Shown here piece by piece: positions 1 to 13,500 of a DNA stretch of 64,000 nucleotides. A program made the translations under genes and the position numbers. The notes below the pieces were generated by a model, which did not search any database, had not been told where the DNA came from, and was given only the letters and a program-made list of their open reading frames with translations. The stretch is from Octopus sinensis (Eukaryota): assembly GCF_006345805.1 (NCBI RefSeq), contig NC_043011.1:39568464-39632463 (forward strand). Direction: 5' to 3'. Within the stretch, counting starts at the first letter, position 1. Every line of letters begins with the position of its first letter.

Positions 1-140
1 ATGAACAACAAGCAGGTGTATTAGTTTGATGCTCGGGAAAGTGAAAAAGTCTTTTACATTTCGAGCCTATGCTCCTAAGCAGAAAGGAATACGAGAAAAT
101 AAAAAGAGAGAAAATAAAAATAAAACTTGTGAATTTAACG
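1..140 (-). mobile_element. PLE-type terminal repeat fragment with decayed hammerhead-like motif (family 2)
   Basis: The minus strand at 86-51 reads CTTT CTGCTTA G GAGC ATAG GCTC GAA ATGT A AAAG. It belongs to the same family as 61624-61659. Confidence 0.5.
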
Positions 141-233
141 GTCAAGCATGTGACTGATTAGATAAAAAGTTTGACAGAAGAGGTTGAAACTAGAGGAGAT
201 AATAAAGTATTGGTGATCCCAAGTCGAAGGTGC

Positions 234-293
<60 letters not shown>

Positions 294-499
294 AGGAGCT
301 GGTGACTTTGATGTCTGTGGATGTGTGCATGTGTAAGTGTGCGTGTCTCTTAACATGTGGGTGTGTGGATGATGGTGTGTGGGTGTGCAGATGATGGTGT
401 GGGTGCTGGGAAGTGGTCAGTGTTAGTGTGTGTGGTAACCAGGATTTGAACTCAGAACATAAAAATGTCAGAACAAATATGAATATCATTTATTGTCAC

Positions 500-840
500 T
501 GCCCAGGGACACAGCATAGTGGATAAAGGCATTAGTTGATGCAGTACAGTCACCTAGAGGTTCTGAGTTCAGTCCCAGTCAAGGCACTAAGGAGAATTCA
601 CAAAAAATGTCATGAAACAGCGTGTGGAATGAGAACAGTGTACCCCAGCAGATCAAAGAAAGAGTTGGCTTTGAAATTCCAATACAAGAACCAAGTTTGA
701 CACAAGACACCAGAAGAAGGTTGGAGCATACAACAGCCAAAATGTAGTGAAAGCAATAATCAAGATGAGGACACCAGTCTGGCTAATATAAACAGTATAC
801 ATAATATGAATTCTTCATCTAACCAATATAGAATTGAATA
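500..840 (+). mobile_element. Diverged tRNA-headed pseudo-LTR relative with decayed hammerhead
   Basis: A tRNA-like head (agcatagtgg...gagttcagtccc) is followed by gacac-cagaaga-aggttgg...acagcc-aaaatgtagtg and a tail resembling 50520-50610. Confidence 0.5.
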
Positions 841-978
841 TCATTTTGTTTGAAACTCCAACATCTCTGCAAATTCACTGCTGTAAGAATGGCAAAAGTG
901 TAAGAATATCATATCAGATACCTGGTAATATTTATTTTGGGTTTTTATACTCTATGTTACAATTCCACCATGGCCTAC

Positions 979-1178
979 CTGAGTGGTTGCATGAATCCGT
1001 CACCCAGTTTCATACCACTGCCATCTGGTACCCTCTTCAGGTATTTATCAGCAGAATCTTTTCTTTTGCATGCACGCATTTCAGTGCCAGGTTTTGAGTC
1101 TGAAGGTACCATCCTCCTTGCCACCCTCCCATTAGTCTCGGAAATGTTAAGAGCCATGTGTACCACCTTCCTCACAGA
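979..1178 (-). other. Candidate exon of unknown identity
   Basis: A polypyrimidine tract plus TAG acceptor lies at 1179 and CAG|GTAGGC at 978. One frame is open (SVRKVVHMALNISET...FMQPL). I recognise no protein. Confidence 0.25.
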
Positions 1179-1229
1179 CTAATGGATTAAAAAGGAAAAA
1201 GAATTATAGCAAAATGTGTCAATGCACTC

Positions 1230-1631
1230 CTATTTGATTTCCAGAGTAACAATGAAGTCAAAATGATTGAGAGCAACTAAAGAAGAGTATAATTTAGTTA
1301 CTATTTTTAGCAGTTTGAACAACCACATAGAAAGTTACGTTTGTTGGGTTCTTTTTGATTTTCAGAGTAACATGAAGTCAAAACGATTGAGAATCCTTGA
1401 AGAAAAATATACTCGGCTACTATTTTTAGCAGTTGGAACAACAACAAAGAACCTCTCTTTCTTTTCCTGTCTTTGTAGTAAGTGACACTAATTTATTTGA
1501 GCTCCAGGGTAACATGAACCCAAAAGAAATGAGAACTGTTAAAGAAGAGTGTACTTGGACTACTATTTCTAGCAGATGGAGTAGCACATTAAAGCTCTCT
1601 CTCTCTCTTTCTCTTTCTCTCTTTCTCTCTT

Positions 1632-1664
<33 letters not shown>

Positions 1665-1719
1665 CTACCTACCTACCTACCTACATATTTATCTATCTAT
1701 CTATTTATCTATCTATCTA

Positions 1720-1762
<43 letters not shown>

Positions 1763-1935
1763 AATCTATCTATCTATCTTTCTATCTCTATCTCTCTTAT
1801 GCTACTTATATGGCATATGACACTAAGTTCTTTGATTTTCAAAATAGCATGAAGCCAAAAGGGACAAGAACCACTAAAGACAAGTGTAATTTAGCTACTA
1901 TTTCTAGCGAGGAGAGCAACCACAATGAAGCTTAA
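1230..1935. repeat. Four diverged ~105-bp tandem units, interrupted by (CT)n/(ATCT)n
   Basis: The unit tttgattttcagagtaacatgaagtcaaa...ctactatttYtagc recurs at ~1235, 1355, 1495 and 1830. Confidence 0.6.
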
Positions 1936-2379
1936 ATTATTTTTTCTTTCTTATTTTTTTTTTTATATGTTTACCTTTTTTTCATTTCTGCACTAAATGG
2001 TAATAAAGCAGACAGACAGTAGAACAGAAATACAGAAATTAGTTTTACCGAGACAGTCGTCACTTTTGTTTCAACAACGATGATTTGATCAGCAAATAGC
2101 ATTGAACAAATCAAGTTTAACTGAGTGAGAGAAAAAAATTTAATTTCCATGACCCCGCTGTAACATTTAATCGGAATACATTTATTTTGCCAATAAATAA
2201 ATACACATCACGAATCACTGAGCAAGCTTTGGAAACACGACTCGATTTGAAAAATTTTATATTGTTTTGCCACAGACATTCTACTAACACAAACAGATGT
2301 TTATTTTAACGGAAGCACCAAAACCTGGTACCTTTCACATATGACATGAAATATAACAAAAAAAAAAGATAGATAGATA

Positions 2380-2424
<45 letters not shown>

Positions 2425-2516
2425 ACAGATAGATAGACAAAGTAGAAGAGGGATCAATAGAGAGAGAGAGAGAGAGAGAGAGGGTGATAGACACATAGAC
2501 AGACAAAGAGACAGAC

Positions 2517-2595
<79 letters not shown>

Positions 2596-2759
2596 GGACA
2601 GATAAATAGATAGACAGACAAAGTAGTAGAAGGATAGAAGGATAGACAGACACACACACACACACACAGATTGAAGGACAAAGTAGTAGCGGGATCAATA
2701 GAGAGAGAGAGAGAGAAAGAGACACATAGATAGACAAAGAGACAGAGAGACAGATAGAT

Positions 2760-3937
2760 ATATTTCTTTATTAGCCACACAGGGCTGCACACAGACGGGA
2801 CAGATTACAAAGTAGAGCTTTTCTTTATGGGGAGAAAAGAAGAAAAGAAAAAAAAAAGTGGGGTAGGTTTTCAATCAAAAGGGATCGTAAAAGGGAAAGA
2901 AAAGAAAAAAAAGATCAATGCAGTGCAACAACAACTTGGAGTGCGGATGCAGACAAATCTTCCTTTGTTTAATAGATATAGGTAGCGCCTCGCAATGACC
3001 GAAATCACACCATACTAAGTTTTCTCATCGCGTAAGACGTTTTGAACAGCTCATAGGTTAATTGATTTAACCTATTTAATGTAGAAATTTGAGAAGTGCT
3101 AATTAATTTCTGACGCAAGTGTATATTTCCATATATATTCATATAGTCATTCTCTTATGACAGAATGTCATGATGTAAAGTGTAAAGGGAGAAGCAGATA
3201 GGGTTTATCCGTGGAAAGTAAAGCTTAAGGAAAAGACCACAGTAACCTCAGTCAATAATGTCACCTGTCAATACATTTGTTTGCAAGTAGGTAACCCTCT
3301 GTTTTAAATTTTTCCAGGTTCATAGGATTATGCTCAAGGTGGCTTCGTCATTCATACGTGCCATCCTTGCTACATTCACCCATCTTTTTTTGAAACATTC
3401 GCTAAACAAAACTTGCCTCTCTACTCTCACTTTCCTTTTCAAGTGATACTTGAAGAAGTTGATGAGTGATTGACCAGAGAGGAAAGTGTTTGCCTTCAAT
3501 CCTTTCAGACGCATCCACCAGATACATTCTTTCGCCATAGCCACAAGAATGATGAAAATAGCTCTTCCTTCCCGTTTCAAGGAAGGAGGCGTGACAATAT
3601 TGACAATAGACTCAGCTGATAAACCGACTCGACCCACACGTGACAGCAGTTGTTCGACATAAGTCCACAGGTCGGAAGTGGTTGGACACTGCACGAGTGC
3701 ATGCAGAACGGTATTGTTACTCTGACCGCATCTCGGGCAGGTCGGCCCCATGTTTCTCGAGCCGTGTCTGTAGAGCTTATCTCGAATAGGTAGCGCTTCT
3801 CAGTAGCACTGCCAAGCCAGGGATCTCTGGAAGTTGTCCATGGGTCCTGGCCTGAAAGTTGTCCTGAACAGGCAGGTCAAGTATTCCTCGTCGACGTCCA
3901 GGTTCACCCCGAGCTCATCATCGTACCTCCCCTCCAC
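2760..3937 (-). mobile_element. 5'-truncated Tx1/L1-like LINE (ORF2 C-terminal zinc finger plus 3' UTR)
   Basis: It reads ALPIRDKLYRHG...CPRCGQ..TVLHALVQC, a zf-RVT-type CCHC motif. The 3' UTR is shared with 5500-5900 and is interrupted by the 2920-3157 insert. Confidence 0.75.
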
Positions 3938-3952
3938 TAAAGGAGATACCTA

Positions 3953-4004
<52 letters not shown>

Positions 4005-4250
4005 TAGATAGATAGACAGACAGACAAAGAAGTAGATGGACAGAAGGACATAAGGACATACAGACAGACAGACAGACAGATAGATAGATAGACAAAGTAG
4101 TCAATGGATAGGTAGATGGATATATATATATAGATAGATTATGATGATAGAAACACAGGCAGAAAGAAATGAATAAAGAAAGAAAGGAAGGAAGAACAAA
4201 AGAGAGAACGAAGGAAAGAAAGAATGGAAAAAAGAACGAAGGAAAGAAAG

Positions 4251-4281
<31 letters not shown>

Positions 4282-4529
4282 AGAAAAGAAAAGAATAGGA
4301 AGGAAGGAAAAGCTCATAACATTGAATTTAACATATATCTCGTTAACAGACAGCAGTTCATTTGCCCGCGAAAACAAACAACTGGAATTTTGCCAAAACG
4401 ATATGAACAATTAAGTTTCTATCTAGATTGTGGACACAATGAGACTCAGCCAACTGGAAATTATAAAGATAAGTAATTAAATAAACAAACAAATAAGAGA
4501 ATGACTATATGAATATATATGGAAATATA

Positions 4530-4909
4530 CACTTGCGTCAGAAATTAATTAGCACTTCTCAAATTTCTACATTAAATAGGTTAAATCAATTAACCTATGA
4601 GCTGTTCAAAACGTCTTACGCGATGAGAAAACTTAGTATGGTGTGATTTCGGTCATTGCGAGGCGCTACCTATATCTATTAAACAAAGGAAGATTTGTCT
4701 GCATCCGCACTCCAAGTTGTTGTTGCACTGCTATGTCAACATCATAAGGCTGTAGACTCTCAAACTGCTCTGCAAACAAAGTTACGTCATCGTTCTGCGC
4801 AACAGTGAACTCGTAACAAAGCAATAGTTCGAGATATGGCCACTAGGTGACAGCACATACCTTGAGTGAAGAGCAAATCAAGGGTGCTAATTAATTTCTG
4901 ACGGTAGTG
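4530..4909. mobile_element. Tc1/mariner-type MITE, 380 bp
   Basis: It has 26-bp TIRs CACT(TG/AC)CGTCAGAAATTAATTAGCAC and TA on both flanks (4528-29, 4910-11). Confidence 0.85.
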
Positions 4910-5069
4910 TATATCCATTTAAATATATATATATATATGTATGTATGTATGTATGTATATATATAGATTTATATATACACATACATATATATAGGTATAT
5001 GATTATGTATACGTATATCCATATATATATATTCACATGTTTACATATGTATGCACACACACAAGCACC

Positions 5070-5365
5070 ATCCAAACATGGTCGACACTAGCCTCCCTGC
5101 CCTGACTGGCTCCTGTGCCGGTAGCATGTAAAAAGCACCATCTGAGCGTGGATGATGCCAGTGCCACCCGATTGGATCCTGTGCCGGTGGCATATAAAAA
5201 GCACCCACTAGACCCTTGGAGTGGTTAGTGTTAGGAAGGGCATCCAGCTGTAGAAACTCTGCCAGATCAGACTGGAGGCTGGTGCATCCTCCTGGCCTGC
5301 CAGTCCCCAGTCAAACTGCCCAACCCATGCCAGCATGGAAAACAGACGTTAAACAATGATGATAA
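5070..5365 (+). mobile_element. RTE 3'-UTR/V-domain-like short element (family D)
   Basis: It contains gtggttagtgttaggaagggcatccagctgtagaaac and ends in ccatgccagcatggaaaacagacgttaaac(aatgat)n. Confidence 0.75.
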
Positions 5366-5393
5366 TGAGGAGGAGGCGGAGGATGTGGTGTAT

Positions 5394-5435
<42 letters not shown>

Positions 5436-5499
5436 GGACAGATAGATAGATAGATTGATTGATTGATTGATTAACTGATAGACAGAAAGATTGATAGAT

Positions 5500-5900
5500 A
5501 TGTTTCTTTATTAGCCACACAGGGCTGAACATACAGGGGACAAATTACAAAGTAGAGCTTTTGGGGGAGAAAAAAAGTGGGAGTGAGTTTCGATCAAAAG
5601 GAATCATAGAAAAAAAAAGATCAATAGGGATCGTGTATCACAGAAATGTCATGATGTAAAGTGTAAAGGGGGTAACAGATAAGGTTTATCCGTGGAAAGA
5701 AAAGCCTATGGAAAAGACCACGGTAACCTCAGTCAAATAATGCCACATGTTAACAGATTTATTTGCAAGTAAGTAACTCTCTGTTTTAAATTTTTCTGGG
5801 TTCACAGGATTATGCTCAAGGTGGCTTCGTCATTCATACGTGCCATCCTTGCTACATTCACCCATCTTTTTTTGAAACATTCGCTAGACAAAACTTGCCT
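5500..5900 (-). mobile_element. Second 3' fragment of the Tx1-like LINE
   Basis: It encodes the same terminal peptide (SECFKKRWVNVARMARMNDEATLSIIL) and has the same UTR as 2760-3420. Confidence 0.75.
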
Positions 5901-5966
5901 ACAGACAGACAGACAGACACAGACTGACTGATTGAGTGATTGATAGATAGACGTACATACATACAT

Positions 5967-6007
<41 letters not shown>

Positions 6008-6414
6008 TAGATAGATAGATAGATAGATAGACAGGCAGACAGACAGGCAGATATATACATACATACACATGTACAAGTTATACTGATTTATACTTGATTT
6101 TAACTGTAAAAATTGAGGTCCAACTTATAGTTAATATGACATATATACATGTGTGCGTATACACACACACACACAACAACACACATACACACACATACAC
6201 AAATTCACAAACAAACACATACACACTCACAAACACACACACACACACACACAAACACATGCATGCATACACGCACACGCGCGCACACATATATATATCT
6301 TTTCACTTTTACATGTTTCAGTCATTAGAGCACCCTGAAAGATTTACTCAAACAGATTAATCCCAGCTCCATTTTTATTTTTTTCCCACTTTTCAAGCTT
6401 GGCACTTATTTCAT

Positions 6415-6790
6415 TATCACCATTATTGCTATCGTTTAACGCCCGCTTTCCATGCTGGCATGGGTTGGACAGTTTGACTGAGGAACTGGCAAGCCAGGAG
6501 GCTGCACCAGTTTCCAATCTGATTTGGCAATGTTTCTACAGCTGGATACCCTTCCTAATGCCAACCACTCTGAGAGTGTAGTGGTGCTCTTTATGTGCCA
6601 CTGGCAAGGGAGCCAGTCAGGCGATACTAGCATTGACCACACACAAATGATGCCTTTTAGGTGCCAGTCAGGCAGCACCGGCATCGACCACGCTCAAATG
6701 GTGCTTTTTATGTGCCATGGGTATGCTAGCCAGTCAGGTGGCACTGTAATCCACCACACTCGAATTGGGTTGTTTCGCTGAAACGTCAAG
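6415..6790 (-). mobile_element. Family D element
   Basis: It is a reverse-complement family D copy with internal ~55-bp subrepeats. Confidence 0.7.
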
Positions 6791-7390
6791 TTACAGGGAT
6801 GCAAACAAACCAACACCGGTCATCAAGTAGTGATGAGGTCAAGCACAAATACACATAGAAGTATGACAGACTTCTGTCAGTTTCTTTCAACCAAAATACA
6901 CTCACAAGGCTTTGATCTGAAAGTGGCGATAGAAAACACTTGCCCATGGTGCCACTCGGTGAGACTGAACCTAGAACCACATGGTTTAGAAGCAAACTGT
7001 TTAACGTATATATAGGCACAAGCGTGGCTGTGTGGTAAGAAGCTTACTTCCCAACCCCATGGTTCCAGGTTCAGTCCCACTGCATAGCACTTTGAGTAAG
7101 AATCTTCAACTATAGTCTCAGGCTGACCAAAGCTTTGTGAGTGGATTTGGTAGATGGAAACTGAAAGAAGCCTGTTGCATATGCGTGTGTGTGTGTGTGT
7201 TCATGCATGTGTCTGTGTTTGTTCTCCACCACCACATCTTGACAACCGATGCTGGTGTGTTTACGTCGCTGTAACTTAAGTCCTGAAGTCGATTTCTTCA
7301 ACTAAAACACTTAAAGGATGTGCTCCAGCAAGGTCACAGTCAAATGACTGAAGCAAACAAAAAAGAAGAAAAGACAAAGAATATGTATGA
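6790..7390. mobile_element. Head-to-head pair of tRNA-derived SINEs (family A)
   Basis: There is a minus copy at ~6790-7010 and a plus copy at ~7013-7390, with head gtggctgtgtggtaag...gggttcagtcccactg. Confidence 0.7.
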
Positions 7391-7984
7391 TGGTGGGGGG
7401 TGTATGTAAAATTTAAAGGTGGAATGAAGATTCTAGAGTTCAGATTTAAGATTGGGGTACAGTGCGGATGACGGACAGAAGATATAAAAATATTAAATAT
7501 TAAAACAAACAACACTGATTCCTCGTTAAACACGAAACTAAGAAGTTGAGAAATACACTGCCTCCAAAGGACCAAATGAAATTAAAACAAAGCCAGTTAA
7601 ATGTATCATTTATATAAATAACACTGTAACCTTGACAACAATACAAACAGGATCTGAGTCAATTCACAATTATTTCGATTATGATTTCCTGCCCACTGAG
7701 ATGTGATTTTATTTCTGTTATTAAAAACAAACATAAGAAAGTTTTGCGTCTGCGTTTCCAAGTAAAAATGGTGTTAAATAATGAGACAGAAGTTCACAAT
7801 AATATTTTAGTTAGCTTCACTTATACCTATGAAAACATTGCGAAACAAAGCAACACCAATTTTCTCTCAATGATTAGCCAGAGATGATTTTTAAAATGAG
7901 AATATCTGAAATAAACTCGACTGTTCTCACAAATGAGAATACTTAAAATGAACCTGACTGCTTTCATAAATTAAGTAAAAAAAA

Positions 7985-8180
7985 ACTGGAAAAATAATCC
8001 AGAATCTTTGTCCGGTGCTGGATCAATCCCAAAATCTAATCAGTTCATGCCAGCCATGAGGCCAAACATCCCTACCAGTTTTATCTAAATCCAGCCAGCA
8101 GATCTTGAGATATCTTGTCCATGGACAAACAAACAAATACAACTGAAACAATACCTCCACCTTCACTAAGGCAGAGGTAA
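7985..8180 (+). mobile_element. Short element ending in a GC-rich 3' hairpin (Helitron/Helentron-like, tentative)
   Basis: A stem-loop tacctccacctt-cact-aaggcagaggta lies at 8152-8179. Confidence 0.35.
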
Positions 8181-8254
8181 GTATCATTCTCTTGGTGCTT
8201 CTGAAAATTGTCTTTATACAGTAAAATACAGTAAGAGTATTTTCTTTTGCTTCT

Positions 8255-9335
<1,081 letters not shown>

Positions 9336-9642
9336 CTGTATAAATTTGTATATTTTATCTTCTATTTTTTACCTGTTTCAGTCAGTAGCCAGTGGCCATG
9401 CTGGAGCACCTCCTAGAAGAATTTTTAAGTCAATTGGATCATCCCCAGTACTTGTTTTCTTTTTAAGCCTGGTAGTTACTTTATCAGTGTCTTTTACTGA
9501 ACTGACAAGTCACAGGGACATAGACAGACCAACACCGGTTGTCAGTCAATGGTGATGGACAGGCACAGAGGCAAAGGCACACACACACACATATGTACAT
9601 ACATGCATACATATATATGTGTGTGTATTTTGATTAATAAAG

Positions 9643-9739
9643 TTGCAAAAACATCACAAAAACAGTTACTCAGAGTTTCGTGTTCCTGATAAACAGGAAT
9701 GTGAAACTCTGAGTAACAGTTTTTGTGATGTTTTTGCAG
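9643..9739. repeat. Fold-back element, ~46-bp arms
   Basis: The arm gcaaaaacatcacaaaaacagttactcagagtttc..ttcctg is followed by its near-perfect inverse. It is the same family as 59483-59633. Confidence 0.85.
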
Positions 9740-9744
9740 CCCAG

Positions 9745-9970
9745 TGTCACGCAAATGGTACCCATGCCGGTGGCATGTAAAAGCACCCCCATTCTCAGAG
9801 TGGTTGGTGTTAGGAAGAGCATCCAGCCATAGAAAACCATGCTAAATCAGAATGGAGTCTGATGCAGCCTTCCAGTATGCCAGCCCAGTGAAACCAACCA
9901 ATCCATGCCAGCATGGACAACAGACATTAAATGATGATGATGACCATGATGATGATAATCATGATGATGA
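9745..9970 (+). mobile_element. Family D element
   Basis: It contains ggttggtgttaggaagagcatccagc and a (gat)n tail. Confidence 0.7.
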
Positions 9971-10019
9971 TAAGATGTACATGCACACACATATACACAT
10001 GCATATATACATATATGTG

Positions 10020-10352
10020 AAGGCGCATGGCTCAGTGGTTAGAGCGTCGAGCTTACAATCATGAGGTTGAGAGTTCGAATCCTGGACCGGGCTGCGTGTT
10101 GTGTTCTTGAGCAAGACACTTTATTTCATGTTGCTCCAGTTCACTCAGCTGTAGAAATGAGTTGCGATGTCACAGGTGCCAAGCTGGTATTGGCCGTTTC
10201 CTTTCCCTTGGATAACACTGGTGGCATGGAGAGGGGAGGCCAGTATGCATGGGCATCTGCTGGTCTCCCATAAACAACCTTGCCCAGACTTATGCTTGGG
10301 AGGGTAACTTTGTAGGTGCAATCCCATGGTCAGTCATGACCGAAGGGGGTCT
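10020..10352 (+). mobile_element. tRNA-derived SINE family B (CORE-like centre)
   Basis: It has A box tggctcagtgg, B box gttcgaatcc and the segment cttgagcaagacactttatttc. A second copy lies at 28275-28540. Confidence 0.75.
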
Positions 10353-10833
10353 CAGCATACATATATACACATACACATCTATCTATCTATCTGTTTGTGT
10401 GTGTGTATGTGTGTGTGTGGAGCAAGAGAGAGAGAATAAGAGAGAAACAGAAAGAGAGAAAATATATATATATATATATATATATTGTTTTCGTGTGTTC
10501 ATATTACTCCACTCTACTCCATTGAAAGTGAGTATTAACTGGTTACTAGTATAGCTCACTCTCTCCCTCCCTCCCCACCCTCTCTGACCATCACATCCTC
10601 AATGCTCGACTGGCTCCAAAGCGGGAAGGTCAAGAGGTCATCTGTGTCTGCTCATTACCCATTTCAGACAAAACCTATTATCTTAGACTCTCACAGTAGA
10701 TAACTTCCAAATTTTAGCAGCGCTAACAGCTTGTCTTGAAGAATTTTCTTCCATAGAGTGTGAAACACGAATGACAAAATTTCAAAGAAAAACAAAAAAG
10801 AATGAAGGAAAATGAAAAAGGTCATGGACTTAC

Positions 10834-10929
10834 CGGACAGTGAATTCTGATGCAATCATAGTAATATCTCCATTCCGTTGGAACAAATTCCACTTCGCAC
10901 GACATTTGCATTCCAGGACCTAAGTGGTC
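10834..10929 (-). CDS. CFAP221: Next coding exon of CFAP221/PCDP1-like gene
   Basis: The acceptor is tgttttttctttgatag and the donor is GTAAGT (10833-10828). The 96-nt phase 0-0 exon reads [32 protein letters not shown], matching recalled CFAP221 HLVPG...[17 protein letters not shown]. It is directly contiguous with the 47680 exon. Confidence 0.9.
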
Positions 10930-11137
10930 CTATCAAAGAAAAAACAACAGCATAAAAAAAAAATCCAAGAGTATGAGAGAATTCGTAGCTTATTAATTAG
11001 AATGCAAGCAAACATCTTGGAAGATAGATTTAATTTGTTTCTCAGTTTAACACCACCATCTGCTCTGTGGGTGTCATTAGCAGGGTTGACTCCAGGGTTG
11101 GATTAAGACCTACAGAGGCCCTAAGCTTGGTGCCTTC

Positions 11138-11168
<31 letters not shown>

Positions 11169-11224
11169 TAGATAGATAGATAGATATGTAATTCAAAATA
11201 TAAACAATAATAAATCATAGGAGT

Positions 11225-11303
11225 GGCCACAAAGCCTTGTGAGTGGATTTTGTAGACAGAAACTAAAAGAAGCCCTTCGTATATATTGTTATATATATAT
11301 ATA

Positions 11304-11339
<36 letters not shown>

Positions 11340-11550
11340 GTGTGTATATGTTTGTGTGTCTGTGTTTGTCCCCCAACTCCCCAACATCACTTGACAACCG
11401 ATGCTGGTGTGTTTACGTCCCCGTAACTTAGCGGTTCGGCAAAAGACTCCGATAGAATAAGTACTAGGCTTACAAAGAATAAGTCGTGGGGTCGATTTGC
11501 TCGACTAAAGGTGGTGCTCTAGCATGGCCACATTCACAAATAAAAGAGTA
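11225..11550 (+). mobile_element. Family A SINE, 5'-truncated
   Basis: It contains aaagccttgtgagtggattt...(TA)n...gacaaccgatgctggtgtgtttacgtccccgtaacttagcgg. Confidence 0.75.
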
Positions 11551-11914
11551 AAGAGTAAAACTAGTAATAAGATGAAAACTAATACTTCTTTTGGTGTATA
11601 CTTCCACTTTATTTGTATTTGGAAAGTTTTCTCTTAGTTTTTTTTATTTTTTAATTGTCAAGTCTTTGAGCAGATCCTCACTATGATGTCATGAACACTT
11701 CAGAATTACACTTCAAATCATACAAACCACTTTGAATATTATATAAGCGAAAGTGATTTCTTTTGTGCTGTAAACCATTTACCATTTTCATGGTACCCAA
11801 CTCCTTCCCTTGATGCCCGAAGCACATGCTTATTTTGATTTATAGTTAATCCAGAGCCGGTTGACTTTGTTGCAAAACATTCAGGACAGTTCTCTATTAG
11901 AAATAGTGATTATT

Positions 11915-12126
11915 TACATTGTTCACATTGGACGGATACGTGTCCTCATCTTGTTTGTTGTTAGCACAACGTTCCGGCTGATTTACTCTCCAGCTTTCAA
12001 CAGGTGTCCTGGTAGAATTTTGAAGCCAGCCCTGGGTTCTCATTCCTAAGGCCTTTTTTTTTGCTGATGTTATTATTATTATTATTATTATTATTGTTGT
12101 TATTATTATTATTATTATCATTATTA

Positions 12127-12161
<35 letters not shown>

Positions 12162-12330
12162 TATTATTAGGTTCAAAATTCCACCAGTACACCTGCTGAA
12201 GGCTGGAGAGTAAATCAGCTGAAACATTGTGGTAATAACAAACAAGATGAGGACACATATCTGTCAAATGTAAATAATGTAAATAATGTACAGAATTCCT
12301 CAGCTCAAAAATATAGAACAGTAGAAATAG
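11915..12330. mobile_element. Inverted pair of Penelope pseudo-LTR halves around (ATT)n, each with a decayed hammerhead
   Basis: Hammerhead-like motifs are at 12008-11963 (minus) and 12188-12232 (plus). The sequence is shared with 50440-50610. Confidence 0.7.
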
Positions 12331-12732
12331 TGACAATTCAAAATTTCCCTCAAATCACTCACTATCATCATCATCATCATCATCATCATTTTAATTGAGA
12401 TTTGAACCCAAAACCATATAGCTGGTAAGCGAAGAACTTATCAGATAATGTACTGCAACCTACGTTATTCCTAAAAAAAAATAAAGATGAGAAGGGCATG
12501 GCTGGAATGCCTTTGATCATAATTTTACTCAATCAGCCCTGACAGTTACACACATCTTTACATATTACGTTTAATTACCAAAGAATCATTTAATGTAGAT
12601 ATCCAGAGATACATCTAATTCAATTACAAAAAGAAACAGCCCCAATATTTAATTATTACATTCCAATACATATTTATTAATCTTATGTACTAACTATATA
12701 ATATTAATCATAACAATATTAAGATTACTTAA

Positions 12733-12953
12733 ACCTTTTAATACCAAACCGGCTGAGACCATCCTCGGTTCTTTAATAAAAACTTCCCGTTTTAACATGA
12801 TCGACATTAAACCTTGCTTCAAAATTTAATGTGAATTTGTATTCCAAACATGAGCTTAATAAATGCTAATAAATTTTACTAAATTCTTCATTATTTTCAA
12901 AATTAATTGAAATAAAAGCAGAGTATTTCAATGAAAATATGGTAGCAAAAGGG
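12733..12953. mobile_element. piggyBac-type MITE
   Basis: TTAA flanks both ends (12729-32, 12954-57). The ends read ACCTTTTAATACCA and, in reverse complement, CCCTTTTGCTACCA. Confidence 0.65.
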
Positions 12954-13070
12954 TTAATACTAGATTATACAAACTACATCAATAACATTATTTTAAGATC
13001 AATATTAAAACCATTGGGTGTTGTGAGTAGTCTGTAATAAATGTTATGTTTATTAAACAATATCAACAAC

Positions 13071-13500
13071 ATAGGCGCAGGAGTGGCTATAGGTGCAGGA
13101 GTGGCTGTGTGGTAAGTAGCTTGCTAACCAACCACATGGTTCTGGGTTCAGTCCCACTGCGTGGCATCTTGGGCAAGTGTCTTCTGCTATAGCCCCGGGC
13201 CGATCAATGCCTTCTGAGTGGATTTGGTAGACGGAAACTGAAAGAAGCCTGTCGTATATATGTATATATATATAAGTGTGTGTGTATATGTTTGTGTGTC
13301 TGTGTTTGTCCCCCTAGCATTGCTTGACAACCAATGCTGGTGTGTTTACATCCCTGTCACTTAGCGGTTCGGCAAAAGAGACCGATAGAATAAGTACTGG
13401 GCTTACAAAGAATAAGTCCCGGGGTCGATTTGCTCGACTAAAGGCGGTGCTCCAGCATGGCCACAGTCAAATGACTGAAACAAGTAAAAGAGTAGAGTAA
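13071..13500 (+). mobile_element. Full-length family A tRNA-derived SINE
   Basis: It has a tRNA-like head, a central (TA/TG)n and the tail ...gtcaaatgactgaaacaagtaaaagag. Confidence 0.85.

Noticed and set aside
10020-10095. tRNA gene (also 13075-13160 and 27720-27780)
   Set aside because: These are tRNA-like heads that continue into SINE or pLTR bodies, and their acceptor stems are incomplete.
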